Shown here: one piece after another, positions 12,641 through 27,224 of the stretch
Layout of the letters: every line of letters starts with the position of its first letter
Position numbering within the stretch: the first letter of the stretch is position 1
Assembly (NCBI RefSeq): GCF_006345805.1
Contig: NC_043006.1
Coordinates: 100,626,001-100,690,000 of the forward strand
DNA length: 64,000 nucleotides
Source of the DNA: Octopus sinensis
Lineage: Eukaryota
Direction of reading: 5' to 3'
Translations under genes and position numbers: made by a program
The notes under the pieces: generated by a model
The model's database searches: none
Seen by the model: the letters and a program-made list of their open reading frames with translations, nothing else
What the model was told of the DNA's origin: nothing

Positions 12641-13228
12641 ACATTTACATAAGAGATGCATGTATTTCTGTATATACATTCTAGTGATGTTGGCCGTGTA
12701 TTGTGCGTGCATTGTCAAGTAACATGTATGTTTAAATATTTATAGATGGTTTCTTTAATAATTTTCCTTATATGCAAACAATAAATGAATATATGGACAT
12801 ATAGTGTGTGGATGCATGCCTACCTGATTGTGCATACATTTCAAGACGTAAATATACATATATATATATATACATATATATAAATATATGTGTATGTATG
12901 TATGTATATATGTATGTATATAGGTATGTATGTATGTATGTATACATATATGTATGTATGTATGTAAGTATGTATGTATATAAAATGAAAGAAACGCTAA
13001 ATGGAATTCACAAGCTTCATTATTAATCATAACGATCGCTTCGGCCCATCTTTCATTGATCCCTCGCGGGTGAGGTACGGTACCACTGGTATTTGTGCTT
13101 CCTTCAGTGCTGAAATGCGTCTCGTCAGGGGAATTCTCAATAGATACATAGTTCAATAAACTCGGTTTCGTTTCGTTCGATTATACAGCATGTCATTATT
13201 TGCCTGTAGGTTCTTCCCTATAGGCTTC

Positions 13229-13270
<42 letters not shown>

Positions 13271-13769
13271 GTACAGCTATTATTCAGTTACATATTTTAC
13301 TCTACCAATCCTTCATTCAACATTGTGTCAGCACCATGATACCTAGTATCTTGAAAGAGCGAATCTTGAAAACAGATGAAAGATATTTTGTAAGGTAGAA
13401 CAATATTCAGCAGGTTTCATGCTATTATTGTTTTAATCTATTTATATTTTTTGTCTCTTTGTCTCATGAACATACAGACGTCCATGTTCTTCGTCTCCCT
13501 CTGTCTTTTACTTATTTGAGTTTTTCTTTGTTTTCCTATCTGATTTTCTCTCTCTTTCCCTTCATGCTATAAATCTCCATATCTTGCTCTCCCTATTTCT
13601 CAGTCATTTTCTCTATGAATTTTCTCTCCTACACACTCAGCCCCTCTCTTTGTTTAATCCTCGCGTTCTGTTCGTGAAAAATTTCATTCGTTTTATTTCT
13701 TTTATTCTCCTTTTTGAGATGATTTACAGATACCCCCAGAGACTTCTATGATGATTTGAGGTAAGTTAA

Positions 13770-14120
13770 AAGAAGAGGAGGAAGAAGGAGAAGAAGAAGA
13801 AGAAGAAGAAGAAGAAGAACAAGAAAAAGAAGAAGAAGAAGAAGAAAGAAGAAGAAGAAGAAGAAAAAGAAGAAAAAGAAGAAGAAGAAAAAGAAGAAGA
13901 AGAAGAAGAAAAAAGAGGAAGAAAAGAAGAAGAAGAAGAAGAAGAAGAAGAAGAAGAAGAAGAAGAAGAAGAAAAAGAAGAAAAAGAAGAAGAAGAAAAA
14001 GAAGAAAAAGAAGAAAAAGAGGAAGAAAAAGAAGAAGAAAAAGAAGAAGAAGAAGAAGGAGAAGAAGAAGAAGAAGAAGAAGAAGAAGAAGAAGAAGAAG
14101 AAGAAGAGAAGAAGAAGAAA
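13770..14120. repeat. (GAA)n purine microsatellite
   Basis: Direct read. Confidence 0.95.
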
Positions 14121-16291
14121 TTAAAATTTTATCTACAAAAATGGCAAAATATAGTGACAAGTTACACAGCCATAAATTTTATGGAATGGTGAAAATAAGA
14201 TGTAAAATTCATATCCTTCCCAAAGGTGTTATAAAATAATTCTTTACAAGATACATGATATATAAGGTATATATGTATGTGTGAGTGTGGTGACTGTGTA
14301 TGCGGGGAGGACAGAAATGAGGCATACATTTTACAGAGTTTATAGTAGCTAATGAGCTATCTGTATTTGTGCTGGGATTTTATCACAAGAAAAGATGGCA
14401 CACGAGATCAGTAGAAAGAAGCAGTGATAGAGAAGAATTATATAGTATTAAATCGTGTAATATGAGAACATGAGAGCTTGTTTTTAAAATGAGAAAGTAA
14501 GAGAAATTGGCCTCACCCATTCTTTTCTCATAGCTTGCAGAATTATTTCAACCTATACAAAATAATGCTTACATTAATAGGCAAATAAAGAGAATGGTGG
14601 TAAATAATGGCAATTATTAAGCGATTATGAAGACCAAAAAATAATTACAATAACCAAATAAAATGTATCAACGAGAGAGCTTCGGTGAGGTCACCATAGC
14701 GTTCATGTTAGAAGACACATCTCTCTCAAACACCTCCGCACCTTACTATAAATAGATTAATATACTTTATTATCTTAGATATATGGCAGTATTTTTTCAA
14801 ACGAGTGTTCACTGCTGGGACACCGTTTTTGCAAGAAATCTTTGAAACAGATGTAAGCTTTAGCATCACTCACGGAAAGAGTCTAAAGTCGAAGCAAATT
14901 ATAATTTCCATAAAATGCTAACAACCAGATGTGTCATAATTTTTTCTAAGTTCTTGTGTCCTGCAAAAACTATATAATCTACATTAAACAGAACGAAATT
15001 ACTAAATGTGCATTTCAGTTGAATATACAACACAAAGCATTTAATATACTGCAAGATAAAAGGATAGTCGTGATTTTCAGGGCGTTGCGGTTTCCAAGCA
15101 GCTTTAATCTTTTCGTATTTCTTTTTATTAAACATACACATGGGCCTATATATGACATACCCTTTTTAAGAGGTAGACCATTAATTCAGGGAGATATGGC
15201 TGTTATTTCATACAGTTGAAGCAATCATATTGAACCGTGGTTTTCAAACCTTTGGAACTCAGCATCTCCGTTCGTCAAGTGATGTTTTACAAACACTTCA
15301 AGTTTTACAAAAAAAAACAAAAGCTGAAGACTATTCTAACCAATCAGGGAGTAATTATGCAGCGTTGCACATTATCTATATTCTCTTACCCATCAACAAT
15401 ATAGCAATTTCTAGTTATTTGTATGGACTAGAGACGTCCTTCATTAAATATGCATGGAATCTACTAGAATCGGCGATGGTTTCTATAATAGTGCATGTAT
15501 AAAACCAGTTTAGAACAATGAAACGTTATAATAAAAATTTCAGATAAAATACTATTAATTTTATTAGTGATGTAAAAGATATCAAACTAAACGTTGAAGC
15601 AATAAAACATTTATATGCTTTGTTTCATTGGTCTTTTGTTATTTGCTGACAATTCAAAGGGAGAACCATCAAGCAAGAAGTCAATATTAATTTTCTTTTG
15701 GTTAATAAAGCATGTTTAAGTTTAATACAATAGTGTATACCGTATAATCTTTAAGTATTTATTTAACTGAATTTTCTATAGATATCGATCTGCTTGAACC
15801 ACATTAATACAAGACGATTCGGGTTTTATTTATTGTAATATATTATTTTGTTATTATACGAGAGACAGAGTGGAGAAAATATTTATACAAAGAGAAACTA
15901 GGAAAGACATATGACGGATTTTAATAAGAGATTTTTGTCAGAATTCGTTAGTTGTGTAGAAGGAGAGTGAAAACAATTGACATGAAATTAATTTAAAGTT
16001 ACGTACTGACTAATTAGAGAAATTCAAACTATATTCGTCTTCCCTGCGAACATATGCACTGCAGCTGGAACAAATTATTGCCTGGATATTTCATAGGTTG
16101 TGTTCCAGTTGTGCTGTTTATGAGAAGAAAATATTGAATGTCAGCCGTTTCCAATGTTGTGTGTTATCCGAGTTCTCCTCTGCGCAGGGCTGGATAGCAG
16201 TGTACCCATAGATATACACACGTTCCCGACCAGTTGTTTTGCATTCATAACGGAGGCTCACATATTTTCGTCAGAATATTTTATTCTTTTG

Positions 16292-16556
16292 TTGGGTCTG
16301 GGAAAAGTCATTCTCTTTTAGTGCCTTATAATTTAACACACTCACCGGTAACATTTCCACTTATTTCTTTTTTATTGTCCTAAAGTTTTCGTTGCACTTT
16401 GCAGCCTTTTCAATAGTCTTGACTCAAAACTATTGAAAAGGTTGCAGGACGCAAGGAAAATTTTTGGAAAATAAAAAAAAGAAACAAGTGGAAATTTTAC
16501 CGGTGAGTGTGTTAAATTATAAGGCACTAAAAGAGAATGACTCTCTCCAGATACAA
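16292..16556. repeat. Long fold-back inverted repeat with a hammerhead-like motif in each arm
   Basis: gtcattctcttttagtgccttataatttaacacactcaccggtaa vs ttaccggtgagtgtgttaaattataaggcactaaaagagaatgac; inner tgcagccttttcaatagt / actattgaaaaggttgca; loop about 16418-16428. Confidence 0.9.
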
Positions 16557-18267
16557 CAGAATATGTTTCAACAGACGAACTCACATAAAGAATCTTGCAA
16601 ACCAAATCCAAAAACGAAATCTTATCGTTTAATTTTCGTAAATAATATTATAAATAAACTATTATATATATTATTATAGATATTATAAATTATCATAAAT
16701 ATTATAAATAAATTTCATTCAATCATCTATTTAACTACATGAATCCTAAATGTATCATGAGTCATGAGTTATTTTTCTGCACACTCATAATAGAATATCC
16801 TGGATGGATTCTGATCCTAACAAAGATTGTGTAAGTGTCTTTAAAATATTATTAGCGTACTCGATTTAAATATTTCTCTTATAAATCACAACTTTTCTGA
16901 ACACTCAACACAATTCATAGCACCGTTTGATATTTGCCTCGCCTTGTAAGCTAGTTACTTTACTAGGCAAGCTACTTTCCTGTGTAAGAACTATGAGTAT
17001 AGAAGCTTCGTGGTGGTGCATGAAATACTTAGAAACTTGCGGGGAATTAAAGCTTGTAAGTTCAATCCCAATTCAAGAACATATGCAAAATGATTCATTA
17101 TGAACGAAGACTACATTATTTGAGATCTTGGTTTACCTAACCAAGCAAGAACGTAATGACTCATACAATTAATTATCTGATTAACCGAAAATGTTTTTTA
17201 TTGTTGAACAAATATTCACTGAGCTAATATAATTGAAAGAGGAAGTGTTATTTTTTTCAACACAAGACATGAGTAGAAACCAAATTCCGGCAGCGACGAA
17301 CTGCAGTGTTTCAGATAAACTTATCAGAACAATCCATCTAACCACTTGAAAACACAAAGAAAACAGTAAATTATTTTGATTCAACAATGAATCAAGGCAG
17401 TTTTAAAGACAAAAACATTGGCAACTGTTCTTCTTGAACACAATAGCCAAAAGTGAAAGTTTAAGAGAAAAAAAGAAAGCGCTATTGGCAAATGAGTTTT
17501 TCTTTGATAAATTTGGACAAACTCCAGAAAAATCTTGGATAAACAAGAGCAATGCAAACGACCTTAGTTACGACTAATTCTTCAACTCAAATGGTTCGCT
17601 GTCTGGTTTGTTTATTCGCTTGCTGGTTGGTTGGTTGGAGGTTAGGTGGTTGACTGGTTGTTTTTTTATTTAAATTTAGCGATAATAAATAAAACCAAAT
17701 AATAACAAATAAATAAATATTGGAAGATTTTTTGTTGCCAGTTTTAGAACCTGAAAATATTTTAAAATAATTTTTAAAGAATATCAGAAAATGCGTCATG
17801 ATTTAACATCACTATCACCTTCTCCCTCCTTCTCTTCTTTATTCTCTCTTTATCCTCTTTATCCTTTCCGTCACACTCATCCTTCTCCTTTTTGTTTTCC
17901 TCGTCATCATCTTCCACTTCCTCGCTACTCTCATCAACCATCCTACCATTGCTCTCATCATGACTATGATTTCCTCTTCACGCTACCACCAGCAGCAGCA
18001 GCATCATCATTAACAACGTCACCAACACCACCATAATAACGATTGTTGTAACATTAATTATGAGACCTGAAATATTTTAGTGGGGTAGGTTAGATGGTTA
18101 AATCCTCAGGGTATTTCACTGGTAGCTTATTTTGTCGACTCCAGAGTTGAAACACAAAAGGAGCACGGCGAGGCTTGATATCAAATCGCATACTGACTGA
18201 ATAAATACCACAAAACCTTTTATAACGTTCTAACGATGTTGTCAATTCCCCCACCCAGGATAATGGC

Positions 18268-18320
<53 letters not shown>

Positions 18321-18322
<2 letters not shown>

Positions 18323-18594
18323 TTAAAAAATTATATGAGAATGATCCCTGGCTTACCATCCCTGCAAGAAGTGCAAAAGATTGTCTTAACTGGTACATCA
18401 CACGTATTGAGAAGAGCATTGTCGATGTGAGAATTATTTCTACCCATGTATTTTAATTTAACTTAACAAAAAACAAATTAACGCACTATTGAGTTTAGTT
18501 TAATGGCCTACCAATGTATACTATGAGTTTCTTTGCCCTAGGAGTCGGGAAGACACTCGGCAAGAAATGGAAGCAAATTTGAAAGAAGAAAAAA

Positions 18595-18595
<1 letters not shown>
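18321..18595 (+). mobile_element. R4/Dong-type retroposon extreme 3' end in (TAA)n
   Basis: IPGLPSLQEVQKIVLTGTSHVLRRALSM* plus 3' UTR between two (AAT)n tracts. Confidence 0.85.
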
Positions 18596-18652
<57 letters not shown>

Positions 18653-18689
18653 CAACAACAACAGTAATAATAATATTATAATAACAATA

Positions 18690-18904
18690 ATAGCTTCAAA
18701 TTTTGTCACAAGGGCAACGATTTTGCGGGAGGTGACTAGTTGATTACATCTACCCCACTGTTTCACTGGTACTTAATTTATCGACTCCGAAAGTATGTAA
18801 GTCAAAGTCGACCTCGGCGGATTTTGAACTCAGAACGTAGCAACTGTCGAAATACTGTAAGCATTTTGTCCAGCGTGGTAAGGACTCTGCGAGCTAACCA
18901 CCTT
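18690..18904 (-). mobile_element. SINE family B, diverged
   Basis: caaagtcgacctcggcggattttgaactcagaacg block. Confidence 0.8.
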
Positions 18905-18919
18905 AATGATAATAATAAT

Positions 18920-21583
18920 ATAACAGCGGAAGATGTCATGGCATATGTATAACAAATGCTAAACTGGAAAGCAGCAGGACCAGACGGAATTCGACGCTAC
19001 TGGCTCAAGTGGTTTAGGTCAACACACAAGAGAATTGCGGTGCAATTAGACAGTTGCCTACAGAGCGGTGCAGTTCCGGATTGGATGGTAGAGGGAAAAC
19101 AATAATGTTTATGAAAGCTCGGTCAAAGGGCAAAGAAACTCGCAATTACCGACCTATTACTCCTCTTAAACTCTTATGGAAAGTATTAACAGGTTTCCTC
19201 GAAGAGAAAATATATACGTTCCTTTCGGAAAACAATCTACTGCCATTAGAAAAAGAGGAATACCGATAAGGATTCAAAAGCACCAAGGACCACCTTGTGA
19301 TAGACAAGGTTATAATGAAGAACTGTACCAAGAAAACTGATGAATGGCCTGGATAGACTTCAGAAACGCTGACGACATGTTGCCGCATTCATGAATTTTC
19401 GGAACCCTCGACATATGTGGAATAGCTAAGAACGTGTGTGCATTGATTAAGAGCGTCATGCCTAGTTGGAATACTCAGCCGAGGTAACAATCAAAAGAGG
19501 TATTTTCCAAGGAGACTCTTGTTCACCTCTGTTATTTGTTGTAGCCTTGATCCCACTTTCTGTAGTCCTACGCAAAGTCAACGCGCACTATGATCAGAAT
19601 AAGAATGGACCTCGTCCTAATCACCTTCTCTTCATGGATGATTTAAAACTGTTCGTATAATAGGAATAGGAATAGGAAGCACTCCGTCGGTTACGACGAC
19701 GAGGGTTCCGGTTGATCCGATCAACGGAACAGCCTGCTCGTGAAATTAACGTATAAGTGGCTGAGCACTCCACAGACACGTGTACCCTTAACGTAGTTCT
19801 CGGGGATATTCAGCGTGACACAGAGAGTGACAAGGCCGGCCCTTTGAAATACAGGTACAACAGAAACAGGAAGTAAGAGTGAGAGAAAGTTGTGGTGAAA
19901 GAGTACAGCAGGGATCACCACCATCCCCTGCCGGAGCCTCGTGGAGCTTTAGGTGTTTTCGCTCAATAAACACTCACAACGCCCGGTCTGGGAATCGAAA
20001 CCGCGATCCCACGACCGCGAGTCCGCTGCCCTAACCACTGGGCCATTGCGCTTCCTGTTCGTATAAATAGAGCCTGAAATAGAGGGGCTGGTTGAGACCG
20101 TGAAAATATGCAGCAAGGATTTAGGGATGGAATTTGGTTTCTCGAAGTGTGCGGTGCTTACTTTGAAACGGGGGAAAATAATAAATTGTAGGTGCATAGA
20201 ATTGCCAAACAGAGAGATAATGGAAAACCCGGATGATGGGTACATGTATCTTGGGATCCTGGAACTGGGCCATATCTTGCGTAAAGTAATGAAAGGCAAG
20301 GTCATCACTGCAATTTTCAAGCGCCTTAAACTTCTCTTAAAATCAAAACTCAACTCAAAGAACTTTGTGACTGCCATCAACATTTGGGCGGTTGCAGTAT
20401 TCAGCTATAGTGCACCCATCCCTAAAATGGACCCAAGCAGAGGTTAACCAACTCGATCAGACTACCCGAAAGACAATGTCAATGTATGGCACCCTCTACT
20501 CTACGGCGAATGTACACAGGCTCTACACGAAGAGGGGTAAAGTTGAACGCGAGCTGATTAGTGTACGGGAGTGCATCAACAGTGAAAGAGGAAACATGGT
20601 AGAATATTTGCTAAACAGCAAACAAGACCTGTTGCAGTATACTGCTAATGTAGAAGGATTTAACAAAAATGGACTTCAGAGCGTTCATTAATTTCCGATC
20701 AAGGACAGCGAATGAGGGAGAAGAAACCCAACTCCGTATGGAATTACATAGTCAATTCTACCGTGAAGCCAACAAATAAAAAGACCAGGAAGCATCATGG
20801 AAGTGGTTTAACAAGGGTGGCCTAAAAAAAATACTGAAAGCTCAATCATCGCTGCTCAGGACTTTTCATTGAATACCAACTCAGTGAAAAAAAATATGTA
20901 TCACACAAGTGCAATGGACCTCTGCAGAATGCGTGGGAAGAGGTTCAAAAGGGTGAATCTCATTATTAGTGCTTGTGAAAGTCTGGCGCAGAAAAATTAC
21001 ATGCGTAGAAACGACAAGGTAGCCCAAAACCTGCACCGGCTACCATGTTTAAGTATGGATATGAGATTACGGGTGCTTGATATCAAGATACTCCGGAAAA
21101 TGTAATGGACGAAAAGGGGAGGGCAAAAATCCTCTGAGACTTTGAATTCCAGGCAGGCAAGGTATAAGAGCACCAAAGGCCGGATATAGTAACCTTTAGG
21201 AGGGACACACAAGAGTGCTTAATAATTGACGTGACGGGGCCAAATCAACATATCATCATGAAAGAAAGAGAAGAGGCTGATAAATATGGAGAATTCAGAT
21301 TGCTAAGATGTGACACTTACGAGATTCAAACATAAAAGTTATCACTACTGTTATCGAAGCATTGGGTTCAATACCACCTAATCTATAAAAAATAACTGGA
21401 AACTTTAGAAATACGCTACAATCTAGGTGTATAGCAAAAGTCGGAATCACTTGGAACTGCACACACATTGCGTAAAGAACCGTCTGTCGGAGTTTCTTGT
21501 TGTGACTTGACAAAAAGTAAAAACAAACAACATAGAAATATCTTCAATGAACAACCTCAAGGTAATGTATACTATGCGACGTC
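18920..21583 (+). mobile_element. R4/Dong-type non-LTR retrotransposon, 5'-truncated pseudogene (RT, CCHC knuckle, RLE)
   Basis: NWKAAGPDG, NYRPITPLKLLWK, RGIFQGDSCSPLLF, NHLLFMDDLKLF, GMEFGFSKCA, LKSKLNSKN..AINIWAV, CRM..IISAC, RPDI..IIDV; ends in (AAT)n; many stops and frameshifts. Confidence 0.92.
19661..20054 (-). mobile_element. tRNA-derived SINE family C inserted in the Dong RT, with TSD
   Basis: Minus head GCGCAATGGCCCAGTGGTTAGGGCAGCGG..GGTTTCGATTCCC; (TATTCC)n tail; TSD ctgttcgtataa at 19649-19660 and 20055-20066. Confidence 0.92.
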
Positions 21584-21626
<43 letters not shown>

Positions 21627-21709
21627 TAATAATAATAATAATAATAATAACAATAATAATTATAACAATAATAATAACAATTATAATAATAATAAAAATA
21701 ATAATAATA

Positions 21710-22142
21710 AACGTTAAGAATACAGATTTGCTTGTCAGTTGTTTCACCTTAACCAGTTGTGCATCTCCCTTAGTGGTTGACGATATGTGCATCTCTGATC
21801 ACGAGTAGAAGTAGTGGGGTAACATCATAGCCATGTGTTGAGAGGAATTATTTGGGGTTCGGAAACTCACCTCTAGAAATATGGGTGTTTCGTTCAACAT
21901 CCCTAGACAGACCTTATTCAGTGACCTTTTGAACTGGATGGGCTACTCGACCTGAAGAATATTCTAACCTGCAATGTCATGCGCTGTTAATCCTGATATG
22001 AGACCACCATATCACTCACATATGGTTGTAATGTTTGTTCCTGATGTACCCTTATCAGATGGGTAGTCATAATGGGTATACTTGGCTTCGTATATTTTAC
22101 CCCAGAGTCACTTTGGTGGCATGCAGTGCTCTCTCACTCACT
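21710..22142 (+). mobile_element. Non-coding interspersed element between (AAT)n tracts, probable Dong-dependent non-autonomous element
   Basis: About 430-bp block starting aacgttaagaatac (same start at 25582) and ending ctctctcactca before the AAT/ACT tract. Confidence 0.45.
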
Positions 22143-22427
<285 letters not shown>

Positions 22428-23293
22428 CAAATGCATGGGCGGACTAACGATACGGTCGATGGAGGTTATGAAGCAGATAAAAGAGATGGGCTATAACTAG
22501 TTGGGCATTTTAGAAACGGATAAATTTATGGAGAAAGGAATGACAAAAAAATTTAAGGTGGAGTACATACCTAGATTGAGACTGATCCTTAAGTCGAAAT
22601 TAAACGGACAGAATCAGATCGAAGCTATCAACACCTGGGCGGTTTCACTTCTAAGATATGGAGCAGGGGTAATCACACGGACAGTAGACGAAGTAAACAG
22701 CTTAGACAGAAAGACAAGAATATAAGAGACGCCACGATAATATATCCAGGCTTGTCCATTGGACACTTTGCAACAAGTATGGACTTGACAGAGCAAAAAA
22801 TTGGTACAACCACAAACCTGAAGGCATTGTCGAAAATAGAAATGCAAAGATCCTATGGGAACTTGTTATTCAGTGCGACCATGAGATTGAGAACAGAAAG
22901 CCGGGCATAGTATTGAGACAGAAAACAAACTATGCTGGATCATAGACATAGCATGCTCAGCTGACAACAAGGTATGCGATTAGGAAGAAAGAAAAGTCGA
23001 TAGATATGAAAGGTTAGCTTGGGAAGTTAAGCAGATGTGGTCGATGAAAAAGGTAGCAGTAGCACCAATAATTGTCGGAGCCCTGGGAACAGCGAGCAAA
23101 AATCTCAAGAAGTACGTGGAACAAACATGGGCTGCAATAAGGATGGAGCACTTTCAGAAAACAGCACTGCTTGGAACTGGTCGAATACTCCAGGAGGTGC
23201 TCGAAAAATAAGAGGTGTTACCTTAGTTTACTGGTAGTATACAGCTGACACTGTAGTACATCTCCAGCGTTAGAAGCTGTGCAAAAGCAACAC
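22428..23293 (+). mobile_element. R4/Dong-type fragment of a second subfamily, internally deleted
   Basis: LGILETD, RLRLILKSKLNGQNQIEAINTWAVSLLRYGAG, CWIIDIAC, VAPIIVGALG, LQKTALLGTGRILQEVLE; followed by aataataat. Confidence 0.88.
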
Positions 23294-23307
23294 AAATAAT
23301 AATAATA

Positions 23308-23488
23308 ACGTTTCAAATTTTCCACAAGGGCAGCAACCTTGGGGTGGGGATATATCGGTTACATCGAATACGAAAGGATGAAAGACAACGTCGACCTCAT
23401 CTGAATTTGAACTGAGAACCTAGCGGCGAACGAAATGCCGCAAGGCAAAGTCGAGCAGCGTGATAACGACTCAGCCAGCTAACCACCT
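23308..23488 (-). mobile_element. SINE family B, diverged
   Basis: gaaaggatgaaagacaacgtcgacctcatctgaatttgaactgagaac. Confidence 0.7.
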
Positions 23489-23489
23489 T

Positions 23490-23710
23490 CAGAAGAAGAA
23501 AAAGAAGAAGAAGAAGAAGAAGAAGAAGAAGAAGAAGAAGAAGAAGAAGAAGAAGAAGAAGAAGAAGAAGAAGAAGAAGAAGAAGAAGAAGAAGAAAAAG
23601 AAGAAGAAGAAGAAGAAGAAGAAGAAGAAGAAGAGAAGAAGAAGAAGAAGAAGAAGAAGAAAATGTGGTGGAGGAAGTGGAGAAGGGGGAAGAGGAGGAG
23701 GCGGAGGACA
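23490..23710. repeat. (AAG)n/(GGA)n microsatellite
   Basis: Direct read. Confidence 0.95.
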
Positions 23711-23859
23711 GAAACGTAAGAGTAGAGAGAATTTAGTCGATTTCCTGAACCTCAGTACCTGACAGGTATTTATTTACGAAAAGATGGAAGACAAAGTTAG
23801 TTCCGGCAGAAATTGAAGTCAGAGAGTAAAGAATCAGAATGCAATTGTAAAAAAAAACA

Positions 23860-24490
23860 ACATTATAACGTAAAATGAAAACTCTTCGAAAAATGGTAAG
23901 AACGATACTGAAACCAATAGTAAAAGTGTCGTGTTTGGCAGTAATGGCGTAGAAAGGCGTTCATCCACAGGTCGTCATCCTGCGACTGCAAAAGTAAAGG
24001 GGGAAAATGTGTTGCAGGAAAGAACTAAACAAGCTGGTGGCGAAGTGTTATATCCAGAACAAACCAAGGTTGTTTTAGGATTACATTGATGAGAGGAAAC
24101 CCGGTGGAAGCGAAGGATGAACTGGCAAATTAAGATCCTTATAAAAGAGGAATTTATGTCCTAAAACGAAACGTACGATCTAGACAGCGAAAAGGCATCA
24201 TTAGACATCAGAAACTTTAAACAAATGCTGCCAATAAAAAACAGTGACCAAGAGGTTTGGAAGTAAAATACATCAATTGCAGCCAAGCAGATTGTTGTAA
24301 GACTTTGTTAAAATCTTAGAGAAATTTGATGGAACAGAAAAGAGAAATAATGCAATTGCAGATGCAGAGGAGAGCACAGAATTCTGGAGTGATACATGGA
24401 GTATGCAGAGCATACTAAACGAAGTAGGATAGATAAAACATACAGAGACCAAAAAAGCAGATTAGAGAGACAAATGAGATCAAGATTTTC
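23860..24490 (+). mobile_element. Decayed N-terminal part of an R4/Dong-like ORF
   Basis: KELNKLVAKCYIQNKP and DAEESTEFWSDTWS-like segments resemble the region upstream of R4/Dong RT. Confidence 0.45.
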
Positions 24491-25444
24491 CTCTTCTTGA
24501 GACTGAGCAGCAAATTACCCAATCATATTTGTTTCTAGCATTGACAATGCGCAGCTTCAAATGATTTGGTGGCACTCTTGTGTTATTAGGATTTGAATGT
24601 CAGTTGAAACTCAACTGCTCTTACTGTGCTAGAGAGATGACTATGAGCTAAGAGCCCAAAATCTAAACACATCACACTAGAACCGTTTTCTCGACCGACA
24701 GAGGAAATGTTTCCTCTCAAGCCGGCTAGGCATATGTCCCGTTGCTCTTTTACTAACATCAGAGCATATACTTCGATTAATGTGGTTAAATTTTCTTCTC
24801 GTTTGCTCTTGAATGAAAGGTTTTGATAAAGTGGAATTTTTATGGTTACAATAGTTTGTCAAGTGAAATATATACTATTTTTTTTCTTTTGCATTAGAAG
24901 TATATGTTTAAAACCTTCCTTTTACTCTCAGCATGAAGATAGATAAAATTGCTCTTTTAACTCATTTTCTTCCGTTTGCAAGTGTTTGCGATTTTTTTTC
25001 GTTCTCGAAATGAGTGTTAATCCTGTTCTTGTTATTCTTGTTTCCTTATGAAAATTTACTTTTCAGGTGTAAAATTCAGACTATTTGTGCAGGGGGGTAT
25101 TTTTGTTATTTCTTTTCACACCTTTTCTTTTACTGCATTAGAAGATTATATGGCTATTTTCTTTTCGAACGGATATACACTCTTTCTCCCTTTCTTGATA
25201 GCTTTTACTATCCCTCAAGTAGATAAAATGATGTTGAAAACTATTGTAAATACAACGGAATTCCGGAGAATAAACTGCAAAATATTGATATTTAAAATGA
25301 ATCTTCTATCTACCTGAGGTGCTGTGGCAAGCTTGCTGACATTGCAATATTCTCTGTGAAATAATCGAAAAAGAATAAATTTCATCTAGAAATACTTGTT
25401 ATATTGGCAAACAAAATTCTCGTGTTGGCGTGAGCTGCTGTCTC

Positions 25445-25582
<138 letters not shown>

Positions 25583-26039
25583 CGTTAAGAATACTGTTCG
25601 TTCAGGTTGACACGTTCAAATACTGTAATCGATTCAGTACTGCATTAAATTACCTGCATAGGGAAGGTTTTACTCTGGCGTGGTAGAGAGTGGCGTGGCA
25701 TGGCGTAGTGTGTGGATGACGTGTCTTGTGAGTAAAATATACAGGAAGTCATTGAAGGTATCATGATAAATTGTATTCTGACACATGCAGTTGCATGTGT
25801 AAATATAGTGTAAATATCAATGTAGATTTTCTATCAGAGCTCTCACACGTTGCAATTGTATATTTACTCAATTGGACCGATATTTTATGTTATTTTGGTG
25901 TATGTCTATCTCATTCTCACTACTCATACACACACACACACACTTTCTCTCTGTCTTTTTTTCACATACGTCTTACTTCCATGCTATTCCCATTGTTTAG
26001 TTACCTGTCCAAAAATTCGTATATTATTGCTTAAATAAA

Positions 26040-26535
<496 letters not shown>

Positions 26536-27224
26536 ATAATAAAAAGTATATTTATAAAGATGCATATATAAATGTCTACACCTACCTTTGTTGAAATAAA
26601 AACGTCAGCAGACATACAATCGTACAAATATGGTAGCTAGAAAATCGCTATCAAGTATTAAGAACATTTTCGCTTCCTCTTTCTTTTCTTTAGAGAATTA
26701 ATGCTTCACATCAGTCTCTCTCAAATACATGCATTTAGTAAACTATTGCATCAGCTCTTTAGCTATTATCTATCCATGTGTCTTCCGTTAGAAGAATATT
26801 CTTGGCTTCTGCTGTACATTTCGGTCAGAATCTTCACCATTATTTGCATTCCACTCCCTTCAGCATTATTGTGTCCCCACTCCTGCCAAAAAACAGACGG
26901 CATTCCAAAGAGGAATTCAGTGACCTTAGTGTCCAGGGAAACGTAACTACTTAGGCCAATACTACATCTCTCGGTTGCCCTCATCATGGAGACAACTAAT
27001 ATTGTGGCGATAATTCATCGTTACAAAGAAACGCCACATTGTGTTTGTGGGGCAAAATATACCAGCAGACCAAATTTTTTAGAAACAATGGTTTATGCAA
27101 GAGGAGCACCGTTTTCTAATTCTCCACAGTCGAGAAAATGGCAGCAAAAAAGACAAAAACAAGATAGTCACTGTCATTTCAAAGCATATCTGTCATCCCA
27201 TGTATATCAATATACACACAGGCA

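Noticed and set aside
13025-13135. Minus-strand CTGACGA...GAAGC GATC GTT candidate
   Set aside because: GAAA is broken and stem I does not close
13702-14160. Poly-Leu membrane-like ORFs (also 18090-18766, 38577-39079, 63087-63665) and YI/CV-repeat ORFs
   Set aside because: Translations of (GAA)n, (AAT)n, (TA)n and (TG)n microsatellites
26700-27200. Short ORFs in unique-looking sequence
   Set aside because: No domain or splice evidence; possibly a decayed transposon
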